Source of the DNA: Flavobacteriales bacterium
GTDB lineage: Bacteria > Bacteroidota > Bacteroidia > Palsa-965
Assembly (NCBI GenBank): GCA_040377305.1
Contig: JBEIPA010000008.1
Span: 139,685 to 203,684 of the forward strand
Reading direction: 5' to 3'
DNA: 64,000 bases
Positions 60,869 to 64,000 of this stretch are shown here, in pieces (positions within the stretch are counted from its first letter, which is position 1; each line of letters starts with the position of its first letter). Below the pieces are notes generated by a model. The model was not told where the DNA came from, searched no databases, and worked only from the letters and a program-made list of their open reading frames with translations. The position numbers were made by a program, and so were the translations under genes.

Positions 60869-61420
60869 ATGTTCGGAAAAGCTCTGGCGTTTATTGCGGT
60901 TGCATTTTTTCTGATTCCTTTCGGAGGCGTTGGAAATCAAGCGGCTGCGTATGTACCATTGAACGACACGGCTGGTGTTTCTGACTTTGCTATCAATCAG
61001 AAGTACATCGATAGTGTAAACCGGATTTGCATAACAGACAGCGTTATCGCCATCTGCAAGCAGTCGCTCGGACTTCCTTATAAGTACGGCGGCAATTCCA
61101 CTCAAACCGGGTTTGATTGCTCACACTTTGTAGCGTATGGATTCGGCAAGCTTGGAGTTTCTCTCCCTTGTTCAAGCGCTGGAATGGCAAGTGCAGGCGA
61201 AGAAGTTTGTCTGGAAGAGGTTCAGCCAGGGGATATCCTTCTTTTCAAAGGACGTAACGAAGCCAATACTCGTGTTGGTCACGTGTCGCTTGTGATTGAA
61301 GTTGGTCCGGGTGTGATTAAGATGATTCACTCCTGTAGCCGTGGAGTTGTGATAGACAACTACTACGACATGAAATATTACACTGCGCGATTCCTACAGG
61401 CGAGACGGATCAAGTACTAA
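60869..61420 (+). CDS. NlpC/P60 (C40) peptidase
   Basis: 'LGLPYKYGG...GFDCSHFV', 'PGDILLF', 'VGHV', 'MIH'. Confidence 0.92.
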   Translation: MFGKALAFIAVAFFLIPFGGVGNQAAAYVPLNDTAGVSDFAINQKYIDSVNRICITDSVIAICKQSLGLPYKYGGNSTQTGFDCSHFVAYGFGKLGVSLPCSSAGMASAGEEVCLEEVQPGDILLFKGRNEANTRVGHVSLVIEVGPGVIKMIHSCSRGVVIDNYYDMKYYTARFLQARRIKY

Positions 61421-61436
61421 TCAAAATTTTCTTTTG

Positions 61437-61501
61437 ACCACAAAGCACACGAAGACACAAAGGTCTATGCTGTTTCTTTGTGCCTTAGTGAACTTAGTGG
61501 T
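61437..61501. repeat. Short inverted doublet with ACCAC/GTGGT termini
   Basis: ACCACAAAG-CACACGAAG-ACACAAAG ... CTTTGTGC-CTTAGTGAA-CTTAGTGGT; solo related arms at ~24888-25000. Confidence 0.8.
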
Positions 61502-61505
61502 GAAA

Positions 61506-62591
61506 CTACTTTCGCTTAATAGTACCATCATCGAGGATCTCGATTTTGGTCTCCGGGAAATCTGCTTTGGTGAGCATCTGCATCTCCGTAATCACCTGCT
61601 TTTTCGGATCAAGTGAAGGACCACCCTCACCCAGCTGAACAATCGGAATAATTTTTCCCGAGAGAAACTTTCCGGTCTTACGATCGAGGTTGGCGTGAAT
61701 GATCGGCGCATAACCCGCGTTGCCTTTCAGATTGAATCGCGAATACGTGCAGAAGTTGCCCATGCTGTAAACGATGAGACGATCATTGTACAATTCAATC
61801 GCTCGTGTTACGTGCGGACCGTGTCCGAATAATATATCAGCGCCGGCATCAATAACTGCGTGCGAGAACGCGTACGGGTTACCGCGATTTTCTCCGAGGA
61901 ACATTTCCGTTGCACGGGTTACGTGTGTCTTCGTCGCTCCTTCTCCACCCATGTGACAGGAAACAATCACGATGTCGCAAGAATCGTTGAGCATACTCAC
62001 TACTTTTTTTGCGGCTTCAATATCGCGCACATCCTGCGTTCCGGTGTTCGGTGCAAATGCTGTGAATCCGTATTTGATTCCGTTGAGCGTGAAAATCACA
62101 TAAGGTTTTGTAACGAGTCCGGCCCACTGCAATCCGGCTTTCGAAAGTGTTGCCCCACTCGAAGTTCTTCCTGCTTCACCGAAGTCACCCACGTGGTTAT
62201 TCGCCATACTCATCAGATCGAAACCGGCATCGGTGAGATACTGCGCGTACCGTGTTGGCTGACGGAATGCATAACACTTCGTAGGATCTGAACAGCTTTT
62301 CATTTGTCCGCCGGAATCAAGAAAAGTTCCTTCTGCATTTCCGAACATGAGATCGGGAGAAGTAAGATATTCTTTCACCGGATCGAAAATGAATTTGCCG
62401 TCATCCGGTGGAAGATGTCCTGCCGGATAATTCGTGCCGATCATGATATCACCAACTCCACCGAGAGTGATTGTATCATAAGCTGGAAGCTCACTTCCAC
62501 TCGTAGTCACAGTAACCGGATCTTTGGTCTGCGCATTGACTGCACCCACTACCAAAAATGAAATAACCAAAAATCGAGTTACGAGCAACAT
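61506..62591 (-). CDS. CapA family metallophosphatase-like protein
   Basis: 'VGDIMIG', 'GNAEG', 'ANNHVGDFG', 'H.G.E', 'GHGPHV', 'YSMGNF'. Confidence 0.92.
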   Translation of the reverse strand: MLLVTRFLVISFLVVGAVNAQTKDPVTVTTSGSELPAYDTITLGGVGDIMIGTNYPAGHLPPDDGKFIFDPVKEYLTSPDLMFGNAEGTFLDSGGQMKSCSDPTKCYAFRQPTRYAQYLTDAGFDLMSMANNHVGDFGEAGRTSSGATLSKAGLQWAGLVTKPYVIFTLNGIKYGFTAFAPNTGTQDVRDIEAAKKVVSMLNDSCDIVIVSCHMGGEGATKTHVTRATEMFLGENRGNPYAFSHAVIDAGADILFGHGPHVTRAIELYNDRLIVYSMGNFCTYSRFNLKGNAGYAPIIHANLDRKTGKFLSGKIIPIVQLGEGGPSLDPKKQVITEMQMLTKADFPETKIEILDDGTIKRK

Positions 62592-62735
62592 ATATATTTA
62601 GCTTCTATATTCCAGTGAAAGAATCGAGCAGTACGACGCTGCGACGCTGATTGGAAAGGAGGCGTACTCTTGTACGTCGACTGACCAATCGAGGAAGCAA
62701 GGAAGTAATGCGATGATTATTTCGCTGGAATGACA

Positions 62736-63707
62736 TTAGTCGAACGATTGATTAGACTGGCTCGATTGCTTAATGATTTCCTGGTACTCGAGTGGCGTAA
62801 GATCAAGGAAGTAATAACTGATCGGATTAATCTTGTTTCCGTTACGGATTACTTCATAATGCACGTGTGGTCCGCTCGATTGTCCGGTGTTTCCAACTTC
62901 TCCAATAATCTCGCCACGTTTTACTTCCTGACCTGGTGTGACCAGAATCTTATTCATGTGACCGTACAGCGTTTCGTAACCAAATCCGTGATTGATGACC
63001 ACGTGGTTTCCGTAGCCCGACGCTTCTGCATCTGCACGTTCAACAACACCATCGCCGGTTGCATAAATCGGAGTTCCGATCGCAGCGTTGAAATCCATTC
63101 CGGTGTGCATTCTCACGATTTTGAAAATCGGATGCGTTCTGTAGCCGTAACCGGATGGTGTTCCCTTGAGATTCAGGATTGAAATCGGGATGATAGCGGG
63201 TATAGATGCCAGGAGTTTTTCTTTATTCTCGGCTAGCTTGATTACTTCGTCATACGATTTCGACTGAATGTACATCTGCTTTGCGAGCTTATCAATCTTC
63301 ATTGTGGTGGAAGTCATCAGCTGAGAACTCGAGTAACCCTGCAAATCAAGATAACGGTCGGCACCACCGAATCCGGAATGACGAATATCATCCGGAATAG
63401 AATCCGTTTCGAAAATGGCACGGTAGATATTGTCGTCGCGGTCTTCAAGGTCATTGAGGACGAGTGAAAGATTGTCCAGACGTCTGTTCAGAAGATCGTA
63501 CTGCGTGTTCATCTTCTCGAGTTCACGACGCAGCTGCTTCTCTTTTGGAGAATCGAAGTATTTGAAGGCGATGATGACTGAAATAACTCCGATTACCGAG
63601 GCCGTTCCAAGGAAAGATATCACACGGAAAATCTGTGTACGGATAGGCGTTACGGCCTTTTCGTAAGAGAGTGTTTTCGTGTTGTATTTGTATCGGACCT
63701 TTGACAT
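62736..63707 (-). CDS. M23 family metallopeptidase
   Basis: 'MHTGMDF' (HxxxD), 'GYGNHVVINHG', 'GPHVHYEV' (HxH). Confidence 0.95.
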   Translation of the reverse strand: MSKVRYKYNTKTLSYEKAVTPIRTQIFRVISFLGTASVIGVISVIIAFKYFDSPKEKQLRRELEKMNTQYDLLNRRLDNLSLVLNDLEDRDDNIYRAIFETDSIPDDIRHSGFGGADRYLDLQGYSSSQLMTSTTMKIDKLAKQMYIQSKSYDEVIKLAENKEKLLASIPAIIPISILNLKGTPSGYGYRTHPIFKIVRMHTGMDFNAAIGTPIYATGDGVVERADAEASGYGNHVVINHGFGYETLYGHMNKILVTPGQEVKRGEIIGEVGNTGQSSGPHVHYEVIRNGNKINPISYYFLDLTPLEYQEIIKQSSQSNQSFD

Positions 63708-63717
63708 CAGCTTAATT

Positions 63718-64000
63718 TAACCACATAGAATCATAGAAAAAGACACCCTTTGTTAAAGTAGTTCGGACAAGTCCGAACTTACATAGTTCACAAGAGAGCA
63801 ATCTACGATTGCGAACAAATTGACAACCCCTTTACTCTATTTGCACCTAACCTTTGACATGCTTTCGACTCATATTAACCACATAGAATCATAGAAAAAA
63901 GACACCCGTTGTTCAAGGAGTTCGGACAAGTCCGAACTTACATAGTTCACAAGAGAGCAATCTACGATTGCGAACAAATTGACAACCCCTTTACTCTATT
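63718..64000 (+). repeat. Tandem unpaired half-elements (type W) of the E family, 158-bp period, truncated by window edge
   Basis: CCACATAGAATCATAG at 63721 and 63879, each followed by a GTTCGGAC-AA-GTCCGAAC hairpin, CATAGTTCACAAGAG and GCAATC-TAC-GATTGC. Confidence 0.88.

Noticed and set aside
60695-61105. N-terminal extension of the MerR ORF
   Set aside because: Runs through repeats and antisense to the NlpC/P60 gene; MerR similarity starts at MPYKEK (60694).
63718-64000. CRISPR array or pure assembly duplication
   Set aside because: The 158-bp period is too long for CRISPR, and the copies differ by substitutions and an indel; an artefact is unlikely, though not excluded without reads.

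Overview
64 kb of a Bacteroidota chromosome, judged from T9SS C-terminal sorting domains, TAnnTTTG promoters and the rpsF-rpsR-rplI and M23-MerR contexts. It holds mostly housekeeping and cell-envelope genes (lpxK, punA, proS, lipA, ung, hemE, lhgO, aconitase, mqnA, rmuC, DPP-IV, TonB receptor, four T9SS cargo proteins) plus tRNA-Glu(TTC). No CRISPR array, rRNA, integrase or transposase is visible. The unusual signal is intergenic. (1) A GxxExxY PD-(D/E)xK nuclease-like gene (4819-5217) is bracketed by ~94-bp inverted ends built of four conserved blocks at near-fixed spacing, amplified in tandem on one side. (2) A family of ~145-165-bp nested inverted-repeat elements (1413, 27175, 33268, 44049) is assembled combinatorially from three interchangeable half-modules; unpaired tandem halves of a fourth type sit at the right edge. 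(3) About ten 7/8-nt-period inverted doublets occur, one of which encloses two cargo lipoprotein genes. (4) A 27-bp palindrome is inserted in frame inside a gene. Together these suggest a REP/REPIN-like, nuclease-associated mobile repeat system. The mechanism is inference and needs testing.
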